This document shows, piece after piece, positions 18,444 through 29,500 of a DNA stretch of 64,000 bases (its first letter is position 1; every line of letters starts with the position of its first letter). The DNA lies in the sequence record MW735835.1; one strand, given 5' to 3'. Under the pieces are notes generated by a model, which did not search any database, was not told where the DNA came from, and saw nothing but the letters and a program-made list of their open reading frames with translations. A program made the translations under genes and the position numbers. This DNA comes from Pseudomonas phage pPa_SNUABM_DT01.

Positions 18444-21400
18444 TTATACCCGTGCTACGGACACCACTCCCTTCGGTGCAGCTTTAGGAGTGTTGATCGA
18501 TGGGTTCTGCGTCGTCTGAGTCGAGGCTTGCAGCTCTTGAGCTTGCTGGCCAGGAGTCGGCATCGGCAGACCACCGGACTTCACGAGGTTCACGAGGATG
18601 GTCAGCTGTTCAAGCTGGTCTTCGTTCACGTCGATCAGTCGGCCCATGTTCTTGTCCATGCCACCGTAGGTGTTGGCGGCATTTGCAGATTGGGTAGAAG
18701 TTTGAGTCTCAGCCACGCGAGCTGCCACTTCCATCGGTGCAGTGGTGTTCTGCACTTGGCGGGCATCTGCCTTTTCCGCAAGGTTTGCGTTGTCGGCCGG
18801 TGCGGCTTGTGCCACAGTATTTGGAGCACTTGTGGTGTCCGTATCGCCGGCGGGTTTGACCATCGAGGGTACGCTGGCCGAACTGCCGCTGGTGTCTGTA
18901 GCATTCCCACCCGAAGCCACCGCCGTCCCATCGTCTGCCTTCACAACGCCACCGTTGATGCTTTGAGCGACTTGTGCCGCGTCGGCCTTACGGTGTTTCG
19001 TCAACTTAGCGTCGAAGTCGTTGTATACAGCAGCAACAGTCCGAGGGTTGCCGTTCCGATCGTAGAAGATCGACGGGTTGGATTTCGCCTGGTCAGCGCC
19101 TACGTGGTTGATGGCCGGATCACCAGGTGGTGCCGCAAGGAAGCGCTTGGCTCCGTACGGACCGAGGAAGTGAGCCATGTAGACGTCGGTGTCCGTCACA
19201 TTGCTCTTCACCTTCTTGATGACGTCGATGTTTTCCTTGATGAATTCCAGGCCAAGGAGTGCGTTAGCACGAGGATCATGCTGGGTCGTGTTGGGGTTGA
19301 TGCCGTACTTCGCCGCGTACTTCTTCATCAGCTCCGCCCAAGTGCCTTTAATCACTTGGTAGAACGAAGCTGCCGAGGAGAGGACTCCTGCGGAAGGGTT
19401 CTTCGGGTTCTTGTACGGGATGGCATTCGGACGGAAGCCCGATTCCACACCAGCAATGGACGCAGCCAGAGCCGGGTCTACCCCCACCATGTTGGCCGCA
19501 GCCATCAAGGTGTCTTTCACGTTATCCCACCCATCGCCTTTCGGCTCAGGGATGCTGTTGATGTTACCGCCCGAACCACCACCCGGGTGCGAGATCGGTG
19601 TACCCGGGGTGAATGCAGCCGCACCCGACGGTTGTACCGATTGGCCAGACGGACTGACCGCACCTTGTTGTGCCGGCTTGGAATCGCCACCAAAGCCCAG
19701 AGCGTCTTTCGCGCCTTTCCACATGCTGCCAAACCAGCTATCGGATTCACCCGATTGGCTACCTTGACTGCCGGAGCTTGGGCCCTGTTGGCCATCGGCC
19801 GAGGCAGGACGATTGATCTGGGTCTGGTCCTTCTCGATGATCTTGCCGTCTTTGTCGCGGACTTGACCAGCAATCGGAGCGGTGTTCTCCTGGAGGGTCT
19901 TGTCTTTGATCTTGGTGGAGAGCAGGTACAGCGGCTCCTTCACCGACTCGGGATCATCGTTGAGGGCGTAACCAGGCCACGGCGATTCAGTGATATCCCA
20001 CACGGAGATCTCAGCTTCACCACGGGCGTTGGCGGTTTCCCTCAATACATCGACCAGCTCTTCCGTCTTCAGGCGGTCTGCTGCATCCTTGGCGTCAATG
20101 TTAGCACGCCGGCGGACAGACGAGCAGTATTGCAGGAAGGTCGGCATGAACCGGCGATAGAACCAGATGTACACGTTCTCGGCTTCGTTCCCGATGGGGG
20201 AGAAGATCGACTCAGCGATACCGTGACACTCACTTGGGTCGTCGAAGAACGCTTGGTTGCCTTTGTCGTACTTGACACGGTCCCAGAGGCTGTTCTCCAG
20301 CATCTCCAGGTGGCCCGACTTGATGGCGAGCATTTCAGTCAGACCGTAGACACGATAACGGACAGGTTTGCCGTCATCCAGTTCTGTTGCAGCGCCTGGC
20401 TTCATCATCAGCAATGCCGCACCAGCCGCGGCTGGTGCACTGGTCATGCCTGTCTTCAGCAGGGCACCTGGACCGCCTGTTGCTTTCTGAATGCTCTGTA
20501 CCGGCGGAACATCCGTCTTGCTGGCGGTTGGGATCGCGGACTTGGACCCGGTATCGACGTTAGCGGCCTCGAGGCGTTTCGCCGCTTGGCCACGGATCTG
20601 GCTACCGATGACACCAGAAGCCACAGCCCCGGCCATCTTCTCGCCACTCGTCTTATCCTTGTCCTCTTCCTTCTTGATGTATTCCTTGATCTCGTCCTTG
20701 GCTTCAGCAATGACGTCTTTCACGTCACCGGCATCCATGTCCAGCTCCTCGTCTTCGAAGGGACTGACCATGGCGTTGAACACTTCCGGTTGATCGTACA
20801 TGGCAACCTTGTCAGCAAACTGGAACGCTGCCTTACCGGTTACTTTTGCATCGATCTGCGTCAGGTCCGTGGACTTGGTCAAAGCGTAATAGTTGGAGAC
20901 GTGCTTCAGGTACACTGCCGCGAAACGTCCCTTCAAGAACTGACCGGCCCTGGCAAAGAGTTCGTTCTCCTCAGCAGGGATTTCGGTGTCGATCTTGAGA
21001 ATTTTGGTGAGAGCTTCCACTGGTACGGATTGGGAGTTCACCGTTGCCTTACCTTCGGAGTCAACCGAGGTGTATTGGGCGAACAGTTTCTCCAGCTCAA
21101 CGAGTTGCTTGAACTCTTCGGAGTCAGCCTTAGGCTTGATACCGTACTGAGCCATCCGGATACGGGTCAGGGGAGGCAGCTTTTCTTTGTTCTGGGCGTA
21201 GATGTACGCACCGATGGCGATACCTGCACCAACGATACCGATCACCGCCAGTACTGGAGCACTGACGAGACCAGCAGCACCGATCAAGGCACCCAACGCG
21301 GCACGCCCGGCCATGCCGGCTACGAGGCGAGTCAACGGGTTGGTCAGAATACCACCTGCCAACCGAGCAGCGCCGCCTACACCACGGAACGCAGTCTTGG

Positions 21401-24400
21401 TAGTCCACCATGCCGCTTTCGCCGCATTCTTGGTGAGCCACGCACCACCTTTGAGACCGCCCTTCAGAATCCGTCCTGCGGTACCCATCTTGTCGAGTTG
21501 ACGACCGCCCCAGTTGGCGATCTTGCCCAAACGACCAACGCGTCCAGCTCGACGAGCAGCCGTACGGCCTGCACGACCACCTTTACGTTTGCCATCCGGA
21601 CCGTCACCACCACCGAACCAGTCACCGATGGAATCCATGATCCCACCGCCTTCTTCGTCGTCACCGTCACCCTTGTTGCCCAGCTGCGCCATCAGAGTGG
21701 CCAGAGCACCATTCTTGGCGAACAGGCCTTGGATCTCACTCCCTTTACCTTTGGCTGCTTCCTTGACTTTCTCAATGGCTGCATCGCGCTTGGCTTGCAG
21801 GTCCTTGTAGCTGCCCTTGCGGACGCGCTCTTGGGTTACCTGCTTCAGGGTTTCGTACTGGAGTTGAACAGAGCGAAGTGCCAGGGTCAGCATGTCTTCA
21901 TCTTTGTCGCCAGTCAGCTCGCTCGAGACATCCGCGCCAGCTTTCCCGCCTCCAAAGAACCGCATCAGACGCTTCATGCGCGGCCTGAACTTCTTCTTCT
22001 CTTCCGCAGCCTTACGGCCGAGGTTGTCCACGAATTCACCCGGCTTGCCGGTGCCACGCATCTCGTTGATGGTGTTGCCCAAGCTATTGATCCTGGCTTT
22101 CCCGCCAGCGATCATGCCGGATGTCCATACACCAGCACCACTGGTTTTGAACTTGGCGTACTTGTCAGCGAAAGTGCCTTGGACCTTTCCTTTATAGTCC
22201 GCGATCACACCGCTGTCGACGATGTCGTTGTACTTGGCAATGGTCCGGCCTTTGAGGTCGACCACGTCGCCCTGGATATCCTCCCAACGCTTCAGGACTT
22301 CGCCCGTTGCCTTGTCTTTGTACTCGCCCGCACGGAGCTTGTACTCCTGGAGGATAGGGTGGTCCTCACCCTGAATCCAGATGTCCTTGGCGGTTGCCTT
22401 GAACTCACCGAATTTCTTCTGGCCTTTCTTGTACTGCCCGCGGCTCCAGTCAGACAGCTTCTTGCTGTTTTCACTGACGCTGCCTTTGAACCCACGCCAC
22501 CCGTTCTGGATGTCGCCGTAGAGTTGGCTAGAACCACCGCCACCCCCACAACCGCACTTGGTCAGTTCCTTGAGCAGGTCCACGGTCTCCGAGTGGAAGT
22601 CCCGCGACTCACGGATCAACGTGATGAGGGTACTCTTGTCTCCTAGGAACCTTTCGAGTCCGGATCTTCGAGTTTCGCCTTCACCTCGTTCAGACACCAT
22701 GCGATCAGCTCGATTAGCACTATCGGCAAGAGCAGCACTAATTTTGCCAACGATACCACCACGATCCCCAAGCTTACCAGCAAGATCAGGAGCATTCGGC
22801 CCGCTTTGCGGAGTTCCTGCTTTGCCTGCATTGTCATCTTCATCGAGTATCGAACTCCAGATCTTGTCAAAGTTGATCCGGTCTTCCCGGCCTTGACGTT
22901 CGATGAAACCCAGCTTACGCAGGGAGTCCTTACCCAAGACGTCGCCCAAGATGCGGATACGGTCACCCGCAGCAGGGATCATGCTCGTCATCCCGAGGAA
23001 CTTATCGCGGATGTCGTTGAAGCGCGACTTACCTTCGGTGCTCCCGTCGGCCATGTTGCCGTCGAGGTCGAGGTTAAACGTATCAATGATGAGCGACGTG
23101 ATCTCATCGACAACACCGACGTCTTCGTTGGGGTACGAAGCCGGATCGGCCAGGCGCTTAGGTACGAGGTCGTTCCCGTTGGCCAGTTCGTCGAGGATCT
23201 TGCGCTTCAGAACCCGCTGAGCTTTCGAGGACATGGTGTCCCCGCCGATCTCCTTCAGGAAGTCCTCTGCGGCCAGGCGCAGCGAATCCCGTTCAGAGCG
23301 GTTCAGGATCTGACGGCTTACGTCTTGAAGCTGTTCTTTCTCGGAGGTGAAGCCACCCCGAATGACGTTGTAAACCCGGCGGTCTTCCTTGGACTCACCA
23401 GTGACCGCGATGCGGCTCCAGTGAGCGATCTCCGACAGGTAACCCGGAATGATCTCGATCAACGAGCGACGCGCGATGGCGTCAAAGGTCGCGACTTCAT
23501 CCAGTTTGGTGACCGACGTACCGCCTGGGCGCGAGTCCAGCGAGAACTGCGGCAGGAAGTTCTTGAACATCTGGGTTGCGATTGCACGGAACCCGGTGCC
23601 CTCGGTCTTGGACTGAGCGTATTCGTTGATCCGCTGCGGGATACCAGAGAAGGTATTGCGCAGCTTCTCACCACCACGAGCAATGTACTTGTTCTTAGCG
23701 AGGTAAGGCGACAGGTGGAGCGAGGCATAATCCCGCACCGTCGACCCAATCATCGAGCCGATCACATTACCTGCCATCTCGTGCTTGTCGATGTCCTCGC
23801 CACCCATGGCGTTCATCTGACGCATCGGGTCCAGAACGCCCTGCACCATGCCGGAGACGTTGTTCATCACCTGCGAGGCGTAGTTCTGGGTCCAGTTCGA
23901 GATGGTGTTCAGACCCGCACCCATCAGGCGCTGGTGAGCCAACTGGCTGAACATTTCGCTACCGCGGATTTTCACCGCTTCAGGCAGCGCCGTGTTCTTC
24001 CGGATGTTCTCCAGGATGACGGTGTGTTTCTGAGTCGCTTCCGTCATGATGTCGACGAGCTGGCGCTGCGTCGCAAACTGACGATAGTTGAGTTCCAGCA
24101 TCTTCTGCTGGTACTTCGCAGTGACCTTGTCCTGATAACCAACCAGGCGGGCCATGCTCTTGTTGATTGCAGTCAGTACCTGAATGTTGGATTTGAAGCG
24201 CTCTTGGTCGAGGGCTTTTTCTTCCAGATTCTGGGCAGCATCTTGCTTACGTTGTTCTTCGTCGGCAGCGCCCTTGGCTTTGAAGATTTCAGCCAGGGCA
24301 GCAATCTCAGACTCTTCCTGTTCACGCTTATAATCAGCGTCCGACTTGACTTGGTAGTCGGTGTCTTCTTCCAGGGAGTCGTTGATCCGTTTAACCAGTT

Positions 24401-24764
24401 TCGCAGGGAGGACCTTGTTGCCCACCATCTGCATGGCTTTTTGACCGAAACGCTTACTGCCACGAACGATCTCTGGGGAATCTCCAGTTATCTTATCGTA
24501 TAGCGATCGGGCATCGGATGCGACGTTTGAAACGGTGTCTGCGGCAAGGCCGTAGCCTGCTGGCAGGGCCATCGTCATGGCTTTGCGCAAAGCGGCCGGG
24601 GTGGCCAATTCTTCTTTGGCCCCTTGCAGCGCACCTTTGACTACACGAGTGACTGGCTTCCGGGAATTCTCGTCTGGCTCTTCATCGCCCTTCCATTCAG
24701 GAATGTCGAAATCGAAGCTATCGAGATCCATGTTGTCCAAGTCGATGTCGTCTTTCTTTGCCAT
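18444..24764 (-). CDS. giant virion protein, 2106 aa, with C-proximal lytic transglycosylase (SLT) domain; phiKZ gp181-like
   Basis: SLT catalytic motif VGVDPALAASIAGVESGFRPNAIPYKNP. Gly-rich TM-like segment GALIGAAGLVSAPVLAVIGIVGAGIAIGAYIY. Long coiled-coil/low-complexity N-terminal part. SD GGAGA 7 nt upstream of ATG 24762-24764. Its antisense carries the 1419-aa shadow ORF. Confidence 0.8.
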   Translation of the reverse strand: MAKKDDIDLDNMDLDSFDFDIPEWKGDEEPDENSRKPVTRVVKGALQGAKEELATPAALRKAMTMALPAGYGLAADTVSNVASDARSLYDKITGDSPEIVRGSKRFGQKAMQMVGNKVLPAKLVKRINDSLEEDTDYQVKSDADYKREQEESEIAALAEIFKAKGAADEEQRKQDAAQNLEEKALDQERFKSNIQVLTAINKSMARLVGYQDKVTAKYQQKMLELNYRQFATQRQLVDIMTEATQKHTVILENIRKNTALPEAVKIRGSEMFSQLAHQRLMGAGLNTISNWTQNYASQVMNNVSGMVQGVLDPMRQMNAMGGEDIDKHEMAGNVIGSMIGSTVRDYASLHLSPYLAKNKYIARGGEKLRNTFSGIPQRINEYAQSKTEGTGFRAIATQMFKNFLPQFSLDSRPGGTSVTKLDEVATFDAIARRSLIEIIPGYLSEIAHWSRIAVTGESKEDRRVYNVIRGGFTSEKEQLQDVSRQILNRSERDSLRLAAEDFLKEIGGDTMSSKAQRVLKRKILDELANGNDLVPKRLADPASYPNEDVGVVDEITSLIIDTFNLDLDGNMADGSTEGKSRFNDIRDKFLGMTSMIPAAGDRIRILGDVLGKDSLRKLGFIERQGREDRINFDKIWSSILDEDDNAGKAGTPQSGPNAPDLAGKLGDRGGIVGKISAALADSANRADRMVSERGEGETRRSGLERFLGDKSTLITLIRESRDFHSETVDLLKELTKCGCGGGGGSSQLYGDIQNGWRGFKGSVSENSKKLSDWSRGQYKKGQKKFGEFKATAKDIWIQGEDHPILQEYKLRAGEYKDKATGEVLKRWEDIQGDVVDLKGRTIAKYNDIVDSGVIADYKGKVQGTFADKYAKFKTSGAGVWTSGMIAGGKARINSLGNTINEMRGTGKPGEFVDNLGRKAAEEKKKFRPRMKRLMRFFGGGKAGADVSSELTGDKDEDMLTLALRSVQLQYETLKQVTQERVRKGSYKDLQAKRDAAIEKVKEAAKGKGSEIQGLFAKNGALATLMAQLGNKGDGDDEEGGGIMDSIGDWFGGGDGPDGKRKGGRAGRTAARRAGRVGRLGKIANWGGRQLDKMGTAGRILKGGLKGGAWLTKNAAKAAWWTTKTAFRGVGGAARLAGGILTNPLTRLVAGMAGRAALGALIGAAGLVSAPVLAVIGIVGAGIAIGAYIYAQNKEKLPPLTRIRMAQYGIKPKADSEEFKQLVELEKLFAQYTSVDSEGKATVNSQSVPVEALTKILKIDTEIPAEENELFARAGQFLKGRFAAVYLKHVSNYYALTKSTDLTQIDAKVTGKAAFQFADKVAMYDQPEVFNAMVSPFEDEELDMDAGDVKDVIAEAKDEIKEYIKKEEDKDKTSGEKMAGAVASGVIGSQIRGQAAKRLEAANVDTGSKSAIPTASKTDVPPVQSIQKATGGPGALLKTGMTSAPAAAGAALLMMKPGAATELDDGKPVRYRVYGLTEMLAIKSGHLEMLENSLWDRVKYDKGNQAFFDDPSECHGIAESIFSPIGNEAENVYIWFYRRFMPTFLQYCSSVRRRANIDAKDAADRLKTEELVDVLRETANARGEAEISVWDITESPWPGYALNDDPESVKEPLYLLSTKIKDKTLQENTAPIAGQVRDKDGKIIEKDQTQINRPASADGQQGPSSGSQGSQSGESDSWFGSMWKGAKDALGFGGDSKPAQQGAVSPSGQSVQPSGAAAFTPGTPISHPGGGSGGNINSIPEPKGDGWDNVKDTLMAAANMVGVDPALAASIAGVESGFRPNAIPYKNPKNPSAGVLSSAASFYQVIKGTWAELMKKYAAKYGINPNTTQHDPRANALLGLEFIKENIDVIKKVKSNVTDTDVYMAHFLGPYGAKRFLAAPPGDPAINHVGADQAKSNPSIFYDRNGNPRTVAAVYNDFDAKLTKHRKADAAQVAQSINGGVVKADDGTAVASGGNATDTSGSSASVPSMVKPAGDTDTTSAPNTVAQAAPADNANLAEKADARQVQNTTAPMEVAARVAETQTSTQSANAANTYGGMDKNMGRLIDVNEDQLEQLTILVNLVKSGGLPMPTPGQQAQELQASTQTTQNPSINTPKAAPKGVVSVARV

Positions 24765-24839
24765 CGAAATTCTCCAAATTGGCTTATAATACTAAGCCTC
24801 CTTCATACCAACTGTCTAAATGACTCCGAAATTTACGGG

Positions 24840-26543
24840 ATGCCTTTTATGACCGCCGATATGCAGCCCATCAACGGGCCTGTGGGACCCAGCATCCAGT
24901 ACGCTGAAGTCCCCGCAAAAGTCTGGCCGATGGTCCTGACGAAAGAGCGGGTGAGCCGGATGACTCCGGTGACCAGCTTGGACATCTACGACGGGGCCAG
25001 CAGCGAGTTCCACGATCAAGGTCTGTACTCGACTGCGATCTTTGGCCGTGTTGGTTCGGACGAGCGTGACACCACGTTCTCCTACATCGACCTGAAGGTG
25101 CGCATCTTCCACCCGAAGATCTTCCGTGACCTGATGAGCCTAAAGTCCATCTACCGCGGCATCTGCTCCGGGCGTGAGACGGCCATCTTCGATCCGGTGA
25201 CCAAGGACTTCGTTGCAGACAGTTCCGAGAAGGCTGAAACCGGCTACAGTTTCTTCGTACGCCACTTCCCTGAACTGCAACTGCGCAAGTCGAAGTCCCC
25301 GACTCGTCAGATCCGGGTGGAGTTCATCAACAAGTGGAAAGATGCAGCCCTCACCCGCTACATCCCTGTGTTGCCAGCAGGTATCCGTGACATCGAGATC
25401 GATGACAACGGCATGGCAACCAAGAACGAGATCCACGACCTCTACTACCGCGCGCTGTCCATCTCGAACACCATCCCGGTGACCTCCGACATGGAAAGTC
25501 CGGCCCTGGACATCGCCCGTAACGCGTTGACCAACTGCCTGTCCGAGATCTACGACCTGATCGAAGGCATGCTGGCTGGCAAGAACGGCTTCATCCTCGA
25601 CAAGTGGGCTTCGCGGCGTGTGGTCTACGGTACGCGTAACGTACTGACCGTGATGGACACCTCCATTGCGGACCTGAACAACGACAACGCCCCTGGTTTC
25701 GATGCGACCACCCTCGGCCTGTTCCAGGTCATCAAGGGCATGACGCCGCTGACCATCCACCACATGCGTCGGACCTTCGGCAATCAGATCCAAGCCGGTG
25801 AAGGCCAGGCTCAACTGATCGACAAGAAGACCTTGCGGCCAGTCTGGGTGACCCTGTCGCCCGATTCACGCGACCAGTGGACCACTCGTGACGGCCTGAC
25901 TGCGGTTATCGACCGTTACCAGATGGTCGAGATGCGTAACCGCCCTGTGGAGATCGAGGATCACTACCTCGCGCTGATCTACCGGGGTCCGGACAACACC
26001 TTCCGCATCTTCTTCGACATCGCCGAACTGCCGGATCACCTCGATCCGATGAACGTGCACCCGATCAACCTGGTCGAGCTGCTGTACCTGTGCGGTTATG
26101 CGTACTGGAACAAGTACTTCGCTCAGATCTGTCGTTACCCGATCTCCGGTAACCGCTCCATCTATGCTTCCCGCGTTTACGTCAAGACCACGGTGGTCGG
26201 TGAACGTCGTGTGGAGCTGAATGAGATGTGGGAACCGTACACCGATGAAGACCATGTGGCGCTCGAGTTTCCAAAACCGGGTTCGACCTCCTATATGGAC
26301 ACGCAGTCCCCGCACAGCACCAAGCTGGTCGGCCTGCAAGCGGACTTCGACGGTGACACCGGTTCGGCAACACTGATCATGTCCAAGGAAGCCATGCAAG
26401 AGAACGATCGTACTCTGCGTTCACGCCAGTACTGGGTGGATACCGACGGCTCCCTCATTTCTTCGTACGACTACGACACCCTCAAGTACGTCGTCACCAA
26501 CCTGACAGGACGATTCAAACATGGGCGTAATGTTTCTCTATGA
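24840..26543 (+). CDS. multisubunit RNA polymerase beta-prime N-terminal-like subunit
   Basis: Catalytic-site motif QADFDGDTGSATL (NADFDGD). Starts MPFMTADMQ... at ATG 24840; ATG 24849 is an alternative. A jumbo-phage-style split RNAP fragment. Confidence 0.6.
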   Translation: MPFMTADMQPINGPVGPSIQYAEVPAKVWPMVLTKERVSRMTPVTSLDIYDGASSEFHDQGLYSTAIFGRVGSDERDTTFSYIDLKVRIFHPKIFRDLMSLKSIYRGICSGRETAIFDPVTKDFVADSSEKAETGYSFFVRHFPELQLRKSKSPTRQIRVEFINKWKDAALTRYIPVLPAGIRDIEIDDNGMATKNEIHDLYYRALSISNTIPVTSDMESPALDIARNALTNCLSEIYDLIEGMLAGKNGFILDKWASRRVVYGTRNVLTVMDTSIADLNNDNAPGFDATTLGLFQVIKGMTPLTIHHMRRTFGNQIQAGEGQAQLIDKKTLRPVWVTLSPDSRDQWTTRDGLTAVIDRYQMVEMRNRPVEIEDHYLALIYRGPDNTFRIFFDIAELPDHLDPMNVHPINLVELLYLCGYAYWNKYFAQICRYPISGNRSIYASRVYVKTTVVGERRVELNEMWEPYTDEDHVALEFPKPGSTSYMDTQSPHSTKLVGLQADFDGDTGSATLIMSKEAMQENDRTLRSRQYWVDTDGSLISSYDYDTLKYVVTNLTGRFKHGRNVSL

Positions 26544-29500
26544 CCGCTATGTGAAATTGTTCGGTATCCGTCGGTTGGGTGAGATGGAAAACCCACGTGT
26601 ACGACCAATCGCTCGATTCGGTCTGCCCCGTGGGACCAACTTCCACTACCAACCGATGAACGAAACCGAACTGGGCCCCAGTGGGACCTCGCCGGTCATC
26701 GCAGCAGCGCAGCGTCTGGTGTACATTGACCATGTGCCCGACCTGTTGGCGAAAGAAGGGAACCCGCGTCCTACTTTCAAGCTGCTTGCTCCGATGATGC
26801 AGCAGTACCGTCGCGAGAACATGCAGATCCGTCCGATGAAGGACTACGATCAGGCTGCCAAAGAACCGCTGAACATGATTGTGGTGAACTACGCCATGGT
26901 CAGCCAGATGTTCAAGTACCAGCGCTCGGCGCTGAGTCGTTGGTGGGCTTGGCGTAACCTGCGTGGCACTCAGTGGGAACGCTTCAACCGCATGAAGACC
27001 ACGCACGAGCGTCATCACATCGTGGTCTTTGATTGCCCGAACTCGCTGCCTGCTCTGTCGGACCTGCGTAAAGCAGAACGCGCCATGACCCCGGCACTGA
27101 TGCAGGTTTTCAACACCCGCGAGCGTCTGGATTTGCTCGACCTGTTCATCTGGTTGGGTGAGAACCGCAAGTCGACCCCCATGGGCGTGCTGGATGAATC
27201 CCGCCTGCACGAGATCGACCTGATCATCCGTCGTGAAACTGGCTTCATCAGCATCAACCTCGGGCTGCTCAACAGCTTCCGTAAGGCTGGCGCTGGTGTG
27301 TCCATGGAATCCTTCGCCGACCAACCGGTCAGTGAGGACTTCGACTTCGAGGAAACTTACCAGCGTTACGTCTCCATGGAGATGGCTGGTGACGACACCC
27401 TCGATGAGGACATGCAGGTCTCGATGGAAGCTGCTCCTGGGTTGGACCCGAAGATCATCCAGCTGCGTTTCCTCAAGCTGCTGACCAAGATCATCGATCA
27501 GACCAACCCGATCGTGACAGCTCCTGCCGAACAGCAAGTGGAGGCCATGACCGAGGCGAAAGCTGAGGAAGAGGCTGCCCAGGCAGAAGAAGAACAGGCA
27601 CAGGAAGAACAACTCCTCGCAGAGACCGGCGCTGATGAACTGCTGGTCAACGAAGAGGAAGAGTTGGCTGCGGCGTTGGACGAACCGGCACAACCGGCCA
27701 ACGATTCCGAGCTGACGGACGAAGATGGTAACCTGATCATTGAGACCGGCAACCAGAACAAGGAAGCCGAGATCCAAGTGGTGGGCACGAGTAACATCAC
27801 GCACACCCTGACCAGTACCATCCAGTCGAAGATCGAAGACCTGGTGGACAAGGAGCTGATCACGGCGGCGCAATACCGTCGCATGCAGCGCCTAGCGGAA
27901 TCGTACAAGACCATGGAGAACCCATGGGACAAGTCGAAGACCGTCGAACAGTCCCTCGAGATCCCGTTCGAAGACCTCGCGCTCCAAGAGTCCGAGAACT
28001 ACCCGCAGATGGATGCCATCCGTGACCAATCGATGCGCCAGTCTACCGTCGAGAAGATGGATAGCCAGTACATCGAAAAGGTGATGAAGGGCGATATCCT
28101 GAACGCGGTGATGTCTGTTCAAAAGGCAGGCATCGCGGTGACCGGCTACGAGATCGAGACCGTCAAGGATGCGGTCAGCAACTACGAGATCCACCGGATT
28201 CAGTTGACCCCGGTGACGGGCAAACCGTCCACCATCAGCTTCCGTGTCCCGATCGTTGACAAGCGGGGTGTTTACATCTCCAACGGTCAGCGTTATCGCA
28301 TGCGGACCCAGAAAGCCGACGTACCGATCCGTAAGGTCAGCCCGATTCGGGTCGCCCTGACGTCGTACTACTCCAAGATGTTCGTGGAGCGTTCGCAGCG
28401 TGCGACGTTCAACTACGACGCTTGGGTTGGCAAGCAAATCATCGCTAAGGGCCTGGACCCGGCAGACACCAGCATCACCAACGTAAAGGTCGCTGACGTG
28501 GCCGACTACGAGCTGGACGTACCGACTGCGTACACCGTGATCGGTAGCCGCGTGATGAGCTTCGAGGCCAATGGCCATTACTGGTTCGACTACAAGAACC
28601 GAGAGCGTTCCCGCCTCTTCGACATGAAGCTGGTGGAGAAGATCGAAGCTGAGCACAAAGGCATGATCGTCTGCGGTCGCCGTGACCAGCGTTACATCAC
28701 GGTTGACAAGGACAACGCGTTCTACCTGCTCGACGAGAAGACCGGTCAGGTGACTGAACTGGGTCAAATCGAAGACGTGTTGGCGCTGCAACGCGACAAG
28801 TCTCCGGTGGGCATGGCCGAGATCAGTATCTTCGGCAAGATCATGCCAATCGGTATCGCGCTGTCGTACCTGCTCGGTCTGGATCGTCTCCTGGAGATGA
28901 CCAAGGCGAAGTACCGTGTGGTTCCGCTCGGCACCCGTCTGCAAATGTCGGATGACGAGTACGCCATCAAGTTCCTGGACGAGACCCTGGTGTTGGAGAA
29001 ATCTGACGTCCAATCGAGTCTGATCTTTGCAGGCTTCCTGCATTACCACAAGCACATCCGTAGCTTCTCGCGTCACAGCTTCAACGCGAAGGATGTGTAC
29101 TTCAATATCCTCGAGGCCAACGGCATTGGGCTGCGCTACATGCGCGAACTCGACCTCATGAACGCCATGTGGGTTGACCCGATCACCAAAGGCATCCTGG
29201 AATGGATGAAGGAACCGACCGAGTTCGTACCGTTGCTGATCCGTGCAGTGGAACTGCTCGTGACCCGTTACGTCCCTCAGAACGTCGAGGGCGCAGATGG
29301 GTTGGTCGAAGGGCAAGAACGTGCCAAGGGCTACGAACGTATCCCGGGTGCGATCTACGGTGAGCTGGTGCGGTCCATCCGCGTCTACAACTCCCGCTCT
29401 GCCTCGAACACCTCTTCGGTCTCCATGAAGCCACATGAAGTGTGGACCAACATCGTTCAAGACCCGGCCTCGGCGCTGGTCGACGACATCAACCCGATCC

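Noticed and set aside
18387-22646. 1419-aa forward ORF
   Set aside because: Antisense shadow of the 2106-aa giant gene. Composition is dominated by R, V, H, D, G, L, with no SD. The minus-strand frame carries the SLT motif and a clean start.
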